From: a bacterium
Lineage (GTDB): Bacteria; UBA8248
Reading direction: 5' to 3'
Assembly (NCBI GenBank): GCA_965261085.1
Contig: OZ253442.1
Location: 2,176,001 to 2,240,000, forward strand
Length of the DNA: 64,000 bases
Shown here: piece by piece, positions 1 to 11,900 of the stretch
Layout: every line of letters begins with the position of its first letter
Position numbering within the stretch: the stretch's first letter is position 1
Notes under the pieces: generated by a model
The model's database searches: none
The model's input: the letters and a program-made list of their open reading frames with translations, nothing else
Told to the model about the DNA's origin: nothing
Translations under genes and position numbers: made by a program

Positions 1-2497
<2,497 letters not shown>

Positions 2498-2508
2498 CCG
2501 CTTTGCCG

Positions 2509-3309
2509 ATGAACGCCGAAAATACCCGCTGCCTCGTCCTGTGGATAGAATACGAGGGTACGAATTTTCACGGTTGGCAGACCCAGCCCGGCCAGCGAAC
2601 CGTACAAAGCGAAATAGAAAACGCGCTCACGAAGATGTGCGGAGAGCCGATACGCATCATCGGCTCGGGACGCACCGACGCCGGCGTCCACGCATGGGGA
2701 CAGGTGGCGCACTTTCATACGCTCTCTCGAATCGAACCCTACAAGGTGCGCATCGGCCTGAACACCATGATGGGCCGTGACGTCTCGATTTTCGATTGCC
2801 GGGAGGCGCCCGGCGGTTTTCACGCCCAGTTCGACGCCGTTCGCAAGACCTACCGCTACTGCATCCTCAATCGCCGCTCGCCGAGCGCCATCCGCCATCC
2901 TTACACCTGGCACGTGCGAAAACGCCTCGAAGTCGAAGCGATGCGCCGGGCGGCGAAAATACTCGAGGGCGAGCATGATTTCGCCAGCTTTTGTCGGGAG
3001 AAGGGGAGGCCCGAGAACACCGTGCGCCGCCTCGAGCGCCTGGGCGTGGAGCGCGCGGGCGATGAGGTGGTTATCGAAGCGACGGCGGAGGGATTTCTGC
3101 GCCACATGGTGAGAAACCTGGTCGGCGTCCTGGTGGAGGTGGGCAGCGGTGAGCGCGAGGCCGATTCCGTGCGGGAGGTGCTCGCGGGCAGGAACAGAGC
3201 TCTGGCGGGCGTCAATGCGCCGCCCCAGGGGCTTTCCCTGGTCTGCGTAGACTATGGCGACAAGCTGCCGCCCGAGGCCGTTCCGGGGCCTGAGGAAACC
3301 GACGCTTGA
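2509..3309 (+). CDS. truA: tRNA pseudouridine(38-40) synthase
   Basis: YEGTNFHGWQ, GRTDAGVHA, HDFASF and FLRHMVRNLVG motifs. Confidence 0.96.
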   Translation: MNAENTRCLVLWIEYEGTNFHGWQTQPGQRTVQSEIENALTKMCGEPIRIIGSGRTDAGVHAWGQVAHFHTLSRIEPYKVRIGLNTMMGRDVSIFDCREAPGGFHAQFDAVRKTYRYCILNRRSPSAIRHPYTWHVRKRLEVEAMRRAAKILEGEHDFASFCREKGRPENTVRRLERLGVERAGDEVVIEATAEGFLRHMVRNLVGVLVEVGSGEREADSVREVLAGRNRALAGVNAPPQGLSLVCVDYGDKLPPEAVPGPEETDA

Positions 3310-3335
3310 CCAATTCTCCCAAATTTGGGTATCTT
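3306..3335 (+). promoter_or_regulatory. Putative sigma-70 promoter of the trp leader
   Basis: TTGACC (3306-3311), 18-bp spacer, TATCTT (3330-3335), about 40 bp upstream of the leader ORF. Confidence 0.45.
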
Positions 3336-3375
3336 CGGCGAAGCAGCGGAATTCTCAATTATGGGGATAGCACGA

Positions 3376-3447
3376 ATGAGAACGCGGGAAACATGCAGAG
3401 AGGCTTGGCCCTGGCGATGCCCCGCCAAATCTGGAGGTGCGCCATAA
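3376..3447 (+). CDS. trp operon leader peptide (MRTRETCREAWPWRCPAKSGGAP)
   Basis: GGGGA RBS-like sequence, ATG at 3376, TGG codons at 3406 and 3412, TAA at 3445-3447. Lies upstream of a terminator and trpE. Confidence 0.7.
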   Translation: MRTRETCREAWPWRCPAKSGGAP

Positions 3448-3482
3448 GGGTTGTTGTCTGAGTTTTTTGGAAGCGAATCCCC

Positions 3483-3519
3483 AAGCCATGGCGGCCTGTT
3501 TGGTCCCGTGGCTTTTTTT
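3483..3519 (+). terminator. Attenuator terminator hairpin upstream of trpE
   Basis: AAGCCATGG...CCGTGGCTT stem (one G-U pair) running into a T7 tract. Confidence 0.75.
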
Positions 3520-3549
3520 GTATGGAGGCGAGGCATCGCTTGAAAGACG

Positions 3550-5085
3550 ATGTCTCGAAGAAAAATGAACCCAGAAAATCATGCGCCGGACAAGGAAACC
3601 TTTCTCCGCCTCTGTGAGCGAGGCAACATTATTCCGGTATATCGGGAGATACTCGCCGATCTCGATACGCCGGTGTCGGCCTATCTGAAAATCGCCGACG
3701 GCCCCTACTCGTTTTTGCTCGAAAGCGTCGAGGGCGGGGAGAAGTGGGCGAGATACACCTTTTTGGGCAGCGAGCCTTCCCTCATCTTCGAGAGCAAGGG
3801 GAAGCGGGTGCGCACCACACAGGATGGGGAGAGCGAAGAATTCACCGTCGATGATCCCATCGATGCTCTCAGGCAGTTGATTCAGCCGTACGTACCCGTC
3901 GATCTTCCCGGTCTGCCGAGGTTCTGGGGAGGCGCTATCGGTTACATGGGCTATGACGCGGTTCGCTTCATCGAACGCCTGCCCGAGAATGCGCATGACG
4001 ATCTCGAACTGCCCGAACTGCTTTTCATGATCACGAAGTCCCTGATCATCTTCGACAACGTGGCGCAGAAGATGTACGTCCTCGCCCATGCGCACATACG
4101 CGACGACGGCCCCGAGGCCGTCTACGAGGATGCGTGCGCGCGCGTCGATGCGCTCATCGAAAAGCTGAGAGGTCCTTCCGTCGCCCCGCCTTACGAGCCT
4201 GAGGAACCGCCCCATGATGACGGGAGCGGGCATCCAGTCGAGAACATGCCGGGCCTTTACTCATCTTTTACGCGCGAGGGGTTCGAGAAGGTCGTCGCCG
4301 ATACGGTGGAGCTCATCCACGCGGGCGAGGCGATTCAGGTCGTGCTCTCACAACGCCTCGAAAGCGCTCTGGACGTGCACCCTTTCGCCATCTACCGGGC
4401 GTTGCGGACGGTCAATCCCTCTCCTTATATGTTTTATCTGGAACTCGGCGACGTGACCCTTGTTGGCGCATCGCCCGAGGTGCTCGTTAGGCTCGAGGGG
4501 GATAAGGTCGAGGTGCGCCCCATCGCCGGTACGCGCCGGCGCGGAGGCGATGAGGCGGAGGATCGGGCACTGGCGGATGAACTGCTCGCCGATGAGAAGG
4601 AACGGGCCGAGCACATCATGCTCGTCGACCTGGGCCGAAACGACATCGGCCGCGTGTGCGAGCGCGGCACGGTCCGGGTCACCGAGCAGATGGTGGTGGA
4701 GCGCTATTCCCACGTCATGCACATCGTGAGCAACGTGGTGGGAAAACTGGCCGAGGGCAAGGATGCGTTCGACGTGCTGCGGGCCTCGTTTCCGGCGGGC
4801 ACCGTCTCGGGCGCGCCCAAGGTGCGCGCCATGGAGATCATCGACGAAATGGAGCCGGTGCGCCGGGGTCCCTATTCGGGCGCAGTAGGGTATTTCGGTT
4901 TTGGTGGAAGCATGGATACCTGCATCGCGATACGCACGCTCTACGCGCGCGAAGGCAAGCTCTACCTCCAGGTGGGGGCGGGTGTCGTGGCGGATTCAAA
5001 GCCCGATTTCGAATACGAGGAAACCATCAACAAGGCCCGAGGCTCCCTCCGCGCTCTGGACGTGGCGCGGGGCGGACTTCCCTAG
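3550..5085 (+). CDS. trpE: Anthranilate synthase component I
   Basis: LLESVEGGE, NPSPYMF, PIAGTRRRG, AEHIMLVDLGRND and GAPKVRAME motifs. Confidence 0.96.
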   Translation: MSRRKMNPENHAPDKETFLRLCERGNIIPVYREILADLDTPVSAYLKIADGPYSFLLESVEGGEKWARYTFLGSEPSLIFESKGKRVRTTQDGESEEFTVDDPIDALRQLIQPYVPVDLPGLPRFWGGAIGYMGYDAVRFIERLPENAHDDLELPELLFMITKSLIIFDNVAQKMYVLAHAHIRDDGPEAVYEDACARVDALIEKLRGPSVAPPYEPEEPPHDDGSGHPVENMPGLYSSFTREGFEKVVADTVELIHAGEAIQVVLSQRLESALDVHPFAIYRALRTVNPSPYMFYLELGDVTLVGASPEVLVRLEGDKVEVRPIAGTRRRGGDEAEDRALADELLADEKERAEHIMLVDLGRNDIGRVCERGTVRVTEQMVVERYSHVMHIVSNVVGKLAEGKDAFDVLRASFPAGTVSGAPKVRAMEIIDEMEPVRRGPYSGAVGYFGFGGSMDTCIAIRTLYAREGKLYLQVGAGVVADSKPDFEYEETINKARGSLRALDVARGGLP

Positions 5086-5100
5086 GGCGGAGAATACGAC

Positions 5101-5685
5101 ATGACGCGCGTATTGATGATCGATAATTACGATTCGTTCACCTACAACCTCGTTCAGTATCTGGCCGAACTGGGCGCGGATGTGACGGTGTGGCGAAACG
5201 ATCAGTTCGAACTCGATGAGGTGGCCGAACTCGCTCTCGAGTTGATCGTCATATCCCCGGGGCCGGGGCGGCCCGAATCCGCGGGCCTCTCGATGCCGCT
5301 CGTCGAGAGATATGCCGGTGAATACCCCATACTTGGCGTATGCTTGGGTCATCAGGCCATCGCATCTGTCTTCGGAGGCGAGGTCGTTCGCGCCGAGCGA
5401 ATCATGCACGGGAAAACTTCCGAGATTAGACACGATGGGCGGGGCGTCTTTCGCGGGTTGTCGAATCCGATGACGGCGACGCGATACCACAGCCTCCTGC
5501 TTGCGCGCGAGAACATGCCTCCCGAAATCGAGGTATGCGCGGAGACGGACGAGGGGGAGATCATGGCGCTTCGTATCCGGGGTATGGCGGTCGCGGGTGT
5601 TCAGTTTCATCCTGAATCCATACTCTCGCCCGAAGGTAAGGCGCTGCTCAAAAATGCGCTCGAAGGCGCCATCGAGCAGCCTTGA
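5101..5685 (+). CDS. trpG: Anthranilate synthase component II (glutamine amidotransferase)
   Basis: IDNYDSFTYNL, SPGPG, GVCLGHQ, RYHSL and QFHPES motifs; follows trpE. Confidence 0.93.
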   Translation: MTRVLMIDNYDSFTYNLVQYLAELGADVTVWRNDQFELDEVAELALELIVISPGPGRPESAGLSMPLVERYAGEYPILGVCLGHQAIASVFGGEVVRAERIMHGKTSEIRHDGRGVFRGLSNPMTATRYHSLLLARENMPPEIEVCAETDEGEIMALRIRGMAVAGVQFHPESILSPEGKALLKNALEGAIEQP

Positions 5686-5839
5686 GGGAATGAGCGCGGA
5701 CGCGGTATGGTAGCCCGGAATCGACGATGTTCATGTACTTTTCGGCGTCCATGTTTCCCCGGGAGTGCACGTCTATCGCTGAGGCTGTAACGCAGAGGGA
5801 ACAAATGAAAACCCTACAACTTGGTGAGGATATGCGTTC

Positions 5840-6850
5840 ATGATTCAGGAAGCCATCGGAAAGCTCGTGGAAGGCCGGCACTTAAGCGCGGATGAGGCGG
5901 AAAAAGTGATGGACCTCATCATGACGGGCGAGGCCACCCAGGCCCAGATCGGCGCCTATCTGGTGGCGCTTCGCATGGCGGGAGAAACACCGGAAGAAAT
6001 CGCGGGCAGTGTCCGCTCCATGCGCGCCAAGGCGACGTGGGTGAAGACGAAACACCCCTTCGTCATCGACGTGGTCGGCACGGGCGGCGATGGTACGCAC
6101 ACCTTCAACATCAGCACGAGCGCCGCCCTCGTCGTGGCGGCGGCGGGCCAGCCTGTGGCGAAGCACGGCAACCGCGCGGTGTCGAGCAAATCGGGCGCCG
6201 CCGACGTGCTGAAGGCGCTGGGGGTGAACATCGAGGCCTCGCCCGAGAAGGTGGGCGAGTGCATCGACGAGACGGGCGTTGGCTTTCTGTTTGCGCCCAT
6301 GCTGCACGGCGCGATGAAGCACGCCATCGGCCCGAGACGCGAACTCGCCATGCGGAGCATCTTCAACGTCATGGGACCGCTCACGAACCCCGCGCGCGCC
6401 CAGAGCCAGTTGGTGGGCGTATACGCGCCCGAACTTACCGAGCTGGTGGCGGACGTGCTGCGCCAGGTGGGTTGTCAGAAGGCGCTGGTGGTGCACGGAT
6501 CGGACGGGATGGACGAGTTGACGCTCACCGGCCCCTCGCGCGTATCGGAGTGGGACGGGAGCGAAATCAGGACGTATGACGTCACGCCCGAGGAGGCGGG
6601 TCTCGAGCGCGCGGATGCGGATGCGCTCAAGGGGGGCGAGCCTCCCGAGAACGCCGATATCACGCGCGCCATCCTCGCGGGAGAAAATGGCCCCAAGCGC
6701 GACATCGTACTCTTGAACGCCGCCGCCGCCCTCATCGCCGCGAACAAGGCGGAGAATTTAAGAAAGGGCGTCCAGCAGGCGGCCTCGGCGATAGATTCGG
6801 GCAAGGCGGCCAGTGTTTTGTCGCATCTCGTGGAAGTGTCCAATTCCTGA
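5840..6850 (+). CDS. trpD: Anthranilate phosphoribosyltransferase
   Basis: GTGGDG, NIST, KHGNRAVSSKSG and GPLTNPA motifs. Confidence 0.96.
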   Translation: MIQEAIGKLVEGRHLSADEAEKVMDLIMTGEATQAQIGAYLVALRMAGETPEEIAGSVRSMRAKATWVKTKHPFVIDVVGTGGDGTHTFNISTSAALVVAAAGQPVAKHGNRAVSSKSGAADVLKALGVNIEASPEKVGECIDETGVGFLFAPMLHGAMKHAIGPRRELAMRSIFNVMGPLTNPARAQSQLVGVYAPELTELVADVLRQVGCQKALVVHGSDGMDELTLTGPSRVSEWDGSEIRTYDVTPEEAGLERADADALKGGEPPENADITRAILAGENGPKRDIVLLNAAAALIAANKAENLRKGVQQAASAIDSGKAASVLSHLVEVSNS

Positions 6851-6976
6851 GTGAAAGGCGGGCGGCTTCGCTTACCGCGCGATAGATGTTCACGACGAAG
6901 AGGAATGAAACCCCTTCAGTCTGAAGCAGATGTGGCTCTGTCCGGCTTTGCGGGTTGGCGTTTCCGGTAGAGGAGT

Positions 6977-7825
6977 ATGAAAATTTTGACGATTGCGACG
7001 GATACGGTTCTCGACAAACTCGTGGAAGGCGTCCGCGAGGACATCGCTTCGGACAAGAGGAAGCGCTCCGAAGCCGATATCAAGTCCATGGCGAAGGACG
7101 CGCCGCCGACATTGGATTTCGCGGGCGCGCTCAGGCGGCCCGATTCGGGTGAGGACACAGGTGGCGGCCTGATGCGCGTCATCGCCGAAGTGAAACAAGC
7201 CTCCCCCTCCCAGGGCCGGATAGCCGAGCGCTTCGAGCCGGCCCGAATCGCCGCAGCCTACGAGGAAGGAGGTGCTGCCGCCGTTTCAGTTTTGACCGAG
7301 CGGAGGCGCTTCCTGGGCGAGATGGCGCATCTCGAACAGGTGCGCGCAGCGGTGGGCCTGCCCGTTCTCAGAAAAGAGTTTATTTTCACCGAATATCAGA
7401 TTCTTGAGGCCCGCGCGGGCGGGGCGGACGCCGTCTTGCTGATTGCGGCCATCCTCGAGACGACGCAGATGGAGGATTTGCGCGCGCTCGCCGAGGAACT
7501 GGAGATGGACGCGCTCGTGGAGGTGTATGCGGAGGAAGAACTCGGGCGCGCCCTCGAGGCGGGAACCCGCGTGCTCGGCGTGAACAACCGGAATCTCAAG
7601 ACCTTCGAGGTCGATACGGAGCATACCGCCTCGGTGTTTGGGCAACTCACGCCCGAGCAGAGAGCGGAACTCGTTCTGGTTTCAGAGAGCGGGATTTTCG
7701 GGTGGCGGGAGGTGGCTCCCCTGGTGGATGAGGGGGTGGACGCCATCCTCGTCGGGGAGGCGCTCATGCGCGCGCCCGACACCGGAGAATTGTTGCGCGA
7801 ACTCAAGGGTTTGCATCGCGAATGA
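6977..7825 (+). CDS. trpC: Indole-3-glycerol phosphate synthase
   Basis: IAEVKQASPS, SVLTE, LRKEFI, GVNNRNL and VSESGI motifs. Confidence 0.95.
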   Translation: MKILTIATDTVLDKLVEGVREDIASDKRKRSEADIKSMAKDAPPTLDFAGALRRPDSGEDTGGGLMRVIAEVKQASPSQGRIAERFEPARIAAAYEEGGAAAVSVLTERRRFLGEMAHLEQVRAAVGLPVLRKEFIFTEYQILEARAGGADAVLLIAAILETTQMEDLRALAEELEMDALVEVYAEEELGRALEAGTRVLGVNNRNLKTFEVDTEHTASVFGQLTPEQRAELVLVSESGIFGWREVAPLVDEGVDAILVGEALMRAPDTGELLRELKGLHRE

Positions 7826-7921
7826 TAGCCGAACGGCCGGAGTCGTATAAGCCGGTGGGGTTTTCTTATTAAATTTCATTAAGTCCGGCGCCCAGCGTCG
7901 TTGCCTGGAGGGGAAACCTGC

Positions 7922-8812
7922 ATGTACGAAGAAATTGTTTACTACAGTGACGGCCTGAAAATCGCATCCCACCTCTATGCGCCCAAAGGCTGGCGAGAGG
8001 GCGACCCGCCCAGGCCCGCCATCATCTGCCTGCACGGCTACAGCGGGATGAAGGATGTCTACGGGATGGACGTTCCCAGGAGGCTCTGGGAGGAGGGCTA
8101 CTTCATCTTGGCGCCCGATCATCGCGGCTTCGGCAAGAGCGAGGGCGAGCGCGGCCGCCAGCGGCCCCTGGAGCAGGCGCAGGACACCTACGACGCCATC
8201 TCCTACATGGAGACGGTCGGGGGCGTGGACCCGGAGCGAATCGGCATTTTCGGCACGAGCTTCGGCGGGGCGAACGCCATCTGGGTGGCGGCCTTCGATG
8301 AGCGCGTGAAGGTGTTGGTCTCCTCCGTGGGAGTGCACGAGGGGGAGCGCTGGATGCGCTCGGTGAGAAGGCCGCACGAGTGGGACTCGTTTCACAAGAC
8401 AGTGATGGAGGCCGCCCGCAAGCGCGTCACCACCGGTGAGCCGACCATGATGCCGCTGCCCGAGATCATGCTCTGCGACCCCCACACGCTGAAGGTCATC
8501 CAGGAGAATCACCAAAAACACGGGGACTACGTGAAGGACTACGACTTGCAAAGCGCCGAGGCCTGCTGGCGCTACAAGCCCGAGTGGGTGGCGGAGAGAA
8601 TCGCGCCGCGCCCGGTTTTGTTCATCTACTCGGAAAATGATTTTCTGGTGCCCGTGCAGGAGCAAATCAGTTGCTATGAAGCATGCGGGGAGCCGAAGAA
8701 GATAGTCAAGCTCCCGGGCGCGCAGCATTACGAGTCGTATTATTTCTGTAGCCCCGAACACCACGAAATCGGCATGGTCGAGGCCATCGACTGGTTCAAG
8801 AAGTATCTATGA
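7922..8812 (+). CDS. Alpha/beta-fold hydrolase
   Basis: LHGY oxyanion motif, DHRGFGKSEG, nucleophile elbow GTSFGG and a C-terminal His (AQHY). RBS GGAGGG precedes ATG 7922. Confidence 0.85.
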   Translation: MYEEIVYYSDGLKIASHLYAPKGWREGDPPRPAIICLHGYSGMKDVYGMDVPRRLWEEGYFILAPDHRGFGKSEGERGRQRPLEQAQDTYDAISYMETVGGVDPERIGIFGTSFGGANAIWVAAFDERVKVLVSSVGVHEGERWMRSVRRPHEWDSFHKTVMEAARKRVTTGEPTMMPLPEIMLCDPHTLKVIQENHQKHGDYVKDYDLQSAEACWRYKPEWVAERIAPRPVLFIYSENDFLVPVQEQISCYEACGEPKKIVKLPGAQHYESYYFCSPEHHEIGMVEAIDWFKKYL

Positions 8813-8948
8813 CGGCTGAACCTGTGGCCTGACTGCCGGAGTCGGCGGAGCGATATGTCCTTGCGTTTTCAAAAGTAGGAACGCCAGCCCCGCGTTTTCC
8901 GCTGGACGCCCAGTGATCTCGGACGACTACCCGTAATGCTCCCATATT

Positions 8949-9348
8949 GGGACCGCTAAAAAAAACTTGATTTCGTAATCCTGTGCATGTAGCCGACCGG
9001 GGTGGGAGGAGACGTCACATTCTCCTGTAGTGCACTCAACAACCACTCCCCCCTTGAGGGGGAGTCGAAGAGCTAAGGGCGAATGCCCGCAAGCGATTCG
9101 GTGGGGGGTCAAACACGATGAATGAGTGTTTGACGCGTCTGATGAAGGAGCAATTGTGCTATTTAAGTCAAACAGCCCCTCCTTCCACAGTCGGGAAATC
9201 CTCGCTTCTCGCTCGAATTTCACCCCCCACGCATCAGCCTTCGCACAAACCGCTCGGCTTCTGCTACTCCCCCTCAAGGGGGGAGTGTTTTCCTTGTTTC
9301 TCGTCGGTCGCGTCGAACCCTCATTTATCGGGCTTTTTCAACGGCTCC
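8949..9348. mobile_element. Degenerate non-autonomous (MITE-like) element with IS1182-type ends, containing an inverted pair of palindromic repeats
   Basis: Left end GGGACCGCTAAAAAA and right end TTTTTCAACGGCTCC resemble the GGGGYTGTTGAAAAA ends at 59-61 kb. The first ~70 bp align with 59039-59110. Confidence 0.6.
9044..9290. repeat. Inverted doublet of a ~70-bp palindromic unit (ACTCCCCCCTTGAGGGGGAGT...GTGGGGGGT)
   Basis: Unit at about 9044-9110 and its reverse complement at about 9221-9288. The same unit recurs, interrupted, at 59106-59416. Confidence 0.8.
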
Positions 9349-9349
9349 C

Positions 9350-10094
9350 TCACGCAATCCGCGTTCCGAACTTCTCTATCGCCTCTTCAGAGAGCGTGAG
9401 CCCGAGACCCGGCGCATCGTTCAGGTAGAGCGTCCCGTTCTCGATGCGGGGCGGGTTCTCGAACAGTTCGGCCTGGAGCGGATCGCGCTCGGGGTCCGTG
9501 AAGGACTCCACGATGCAACCCGCCGGCGAGGCCGCCACGATGTGGGCGTGGATGAAGCAATCGTGGTGCGGAGCGATTTCCACGTGGTTGAGTTCCGCCA
9601 GGGCCGCCAGTTTTTTCCCCATGGTGAATCCGCCCATGCGCGTGCAGTCGAACTGCACGATGTCTATCGCCTGCTCCTCGAACAGCGCGCGGACGCCGTG
9701 CCCCGTCTGCTCGCTCTCCCCGGCGGAGAGGGGGATGTTTGTTTTTCGGGCCAAAATCCTGAGTTCCCGCCTGTCGTCGAACCAGCGCACGGGCTCCTCG
9801 AGCCACCGGGGACGAATCTCCTTGAGCAGGCGTGCTCCCTCGATGGCGGTGGGCAGATCCCAGGCGCCGTTCACGTCGAGCATGAGTTCGGCTTCATCGC
9901 CGATAACCTCACGGATGACCCGCAGCCGCGCCATATCCTCATCAAGCGCCGCGCCGCCGATTTTCGCCTTGAACGCCCTGTGCCCTTGAGCCTTTAGCAT
10001 TTCCATCTCCTCGCGCAACTCACCCAAATCCTTTCCGTCACGGTAATAGGCGCAGGTGACGTAGCAGGGAACTTCCTCCCGATATCCGCCGAAG
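9350..10094 (-). pseudogene. 5'-truncated duplicate (3' ~745 bp) of the mandelate racemase/MLE-family gene
   Basis: Near-identical to 11901-12645 from FGGYREEV to the stop codon. The N-terminal capping domain is missing and homology ends abruptly at 10094. Confidence 0.85.
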
Positions 10095-10172
10095 CTGAGT
10101 TTGTCCTCCCATTCGTAAATGAGTATGATGTTCAACGATCCTGCCTTCCCCTAATGAGAGCCGTTATCTGCA

Positions 10173-11495
10173 ATGATTAGGCAACTGCACCTCAATTTGT
10201 TCGTCCAATCTCGGGGCCACCACGAAGCAGCCTGGAACCATCCCGATTCTTCGACAGCCTCGCTTACCGATGTAAACTACTATGTGGATTTAGCTCAACG
10301 TGCGGAGACGGCGCTTTTTGATTCGATCTTTTTCGCTGATTCACTGATGTTGACACCGGATGCTCCGCGGTCCGGGCGAATCTGGCTTGAACCAATAACT
10401 TTATTAGCGGCGCTCGCCGTCGCAACCGAGCGGATCGGGCTGATCGCGACGGGGTCGAGCACATATTCTGAGGCCTTTAACCTTGCGCGGCAGTTCAGCT
10501 CGATTGATCACATTAGCAATGGCCGTGCCGGTTGGAATATCGTCACCACTTGGATGGCGAAGGTCGCGCGCAATTTCGGTGATGCGGGTCAGGATAGTCA
10601 TGCGGACCGCTACATGATGGCCGAGGAATTTGTCCAGGTCGTCAAAGATTTGTGGGACAGCTGGGCCGATGACGCCGTGGTTGATGATCGTAACGGTGGC
10701 GTCTACGCCAAAAATGATCGAATTTGTTCAATCGACTTTAACGGCAAGTATTATTGCGTCGCGGGGCCGCTGACCCTGCCGCGCAGTCCGCAGGGGCGAC
10801 CGGTGCTGGTGCAGGCAGGATCGTCGGATGCCGGACGTGATTTTGCTTCGCGTCACGCCGAGGCAGTATTTACAGCCCACCTTGAAAAAGCGACGGCACA
10901 GAAGTTTTACACGGATATCAAGAAGCGAGCGGTTGCAGCAGGTCGTGATGCAAACCAAGTCCTGATTCTGCCTGGTCTGAGCCCAATGATTGCGTCGACC
11001 GAGACCGAAGCAAAACGAATGGAACAGGATCTCAATGAGAATACTGACCCGGAGAGCGGTCGCCGTACTCTCTCTTCACGGTTTGACGGACATGATTTCT
11101 CGCATTTGCCGCTAGACCGGCCGCTGACGCCGGACGATTTCCCTCCACCCTCCAGTGTCGAAACCATGCGTAGTCGGTCCGAGTTGGTCGTCAATCTTGT
11201 GCGTAACGAAGGCCTTACTTTGCGCCGGCTTCTTGCTCGTTTTGCCGGTGCTCGTGGCCACTTTACTTTTGCTGGCACGCCCGAGCAGGTCGTTGATATG
11301 ATTGAGGACTGGTTCCGAGATGGTGCCGCCGATGGTTTCAATGTGATGCCGCCGCTTTTTCCCACGATGCTGGATGTTTTTGTTGAAGAGGTGGTTCCGA
11401 TTCTTCAGCGTCGCGGGTTGTTCCGGACAGAATATAAAGGCAAGACGTTGCGAGAACACTATGGACTCGATCGACCCGCTGGGCGGTTTTGGTAG
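10173..11495 (+). CDS. LLM-class FMN-dependent monooxygenase (NtaA/SnaA/DszA family)
   Basis: RQLHLN, FDSIFFAD, LEPITLLAALA, GRAGWNIVT, PQGRPVLVQAGSS and VPILQRRGLFRTEY..TLREHYGL motifs. Confidence 0.9.
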   Translation: MIRQLHLNLFVQSRGHHEAAWNHPDSSTASLTDVNYYVDLAQRAETALFDSIFFADSLMLTPDAPRSGRIWLEPITLLAALAVATERIGLIATGSSTYSEAFNLARQFSSIDHISNGRAGWNIVTTWMAKVARNFGDAGQDSHADRYMMAEEFVQVVKDLWDSWADDAVVDDRNGGVYAKNDRICSIDFNGKYYCVAGPLTLPRSPQGRPVLVQAGSSDAGRDFASRHAEAVFTAHLEKATAQKFYTDIKKRAVAAGRDANQVLILPGLSPMIASTETEAKRMEQDLNENTDPESGRRTLSSRFDGHDFSHLPLDRPLTPDDFPPPSSVETMRSRSELVVNLVRNEGLTLRRLLARFAGARGHFTFAGTPEQVVDMIEDWFRDGAADGFNVMPPLFPTMLDVFVEEVVPILQRRGLFRTEYKGKTLREHYGLDRPAGRFW

Positions 11496-11900
11496 ATTAA
11501 AAGACGCGGAATTTTCCAGGCACCGCGAACCCTTTATTGCTTTATGCAGAGATTCCGTAGCATTGAAAAACTGGCAGGTGAACAACCGCTTTGAAACTCG
11601 ATGGAATCTGGGGGTTCGGTAGGGTAGAAAGTTTGTTTGTCAATCTTTTGGGGCGAAGGAACCACCTGAAACAAAACACGTCGGAGCAAATACTGTTCCT
11701 TCACCATCATATTTAGACTAGTTAAATATTTGTGGGATTCGAACATAAAGGGGGGCAAAAGAGCTACTGTCAAATATGATGTATGACCATCCTAAATCAA
11801 TCGGCCCTCCTGCCCGTATCTCTTTCGTCCACCCCTTCGATGAACCTCTCAGCCTATAGACCAATTCTGGTAGCAGCTCGTTTATAGCTCCTTATTCCCC

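Noticed and set aside
5690-5713. Mini-ORF MSADAVW ending in Trp after trpG
   Set aside because: RBS spacing is too short and there is no downstream terminator; likely chance.
8927-9428. ORFs of 93-116 aa over the repeat element
   Set aside because: They are translations of palindromic repeats (e.g. LPLKGG) with no RBS or domain features.
10095-10135. Apparent new N-terminus (MNIILIYEWEDKLS) on the truncated enolase-family copy
   Set aside because: Chance in-frame extension into the inserted DNA from a TTG; the capping domain is missing, so it is treated as a fragment.
11534-11773. 79-aa minus-strand ORF in the AT-rich tail of the cassette
   Set aside because: No recognisable motif or RBS; may be a gene remnant but cannot be supported without a search.
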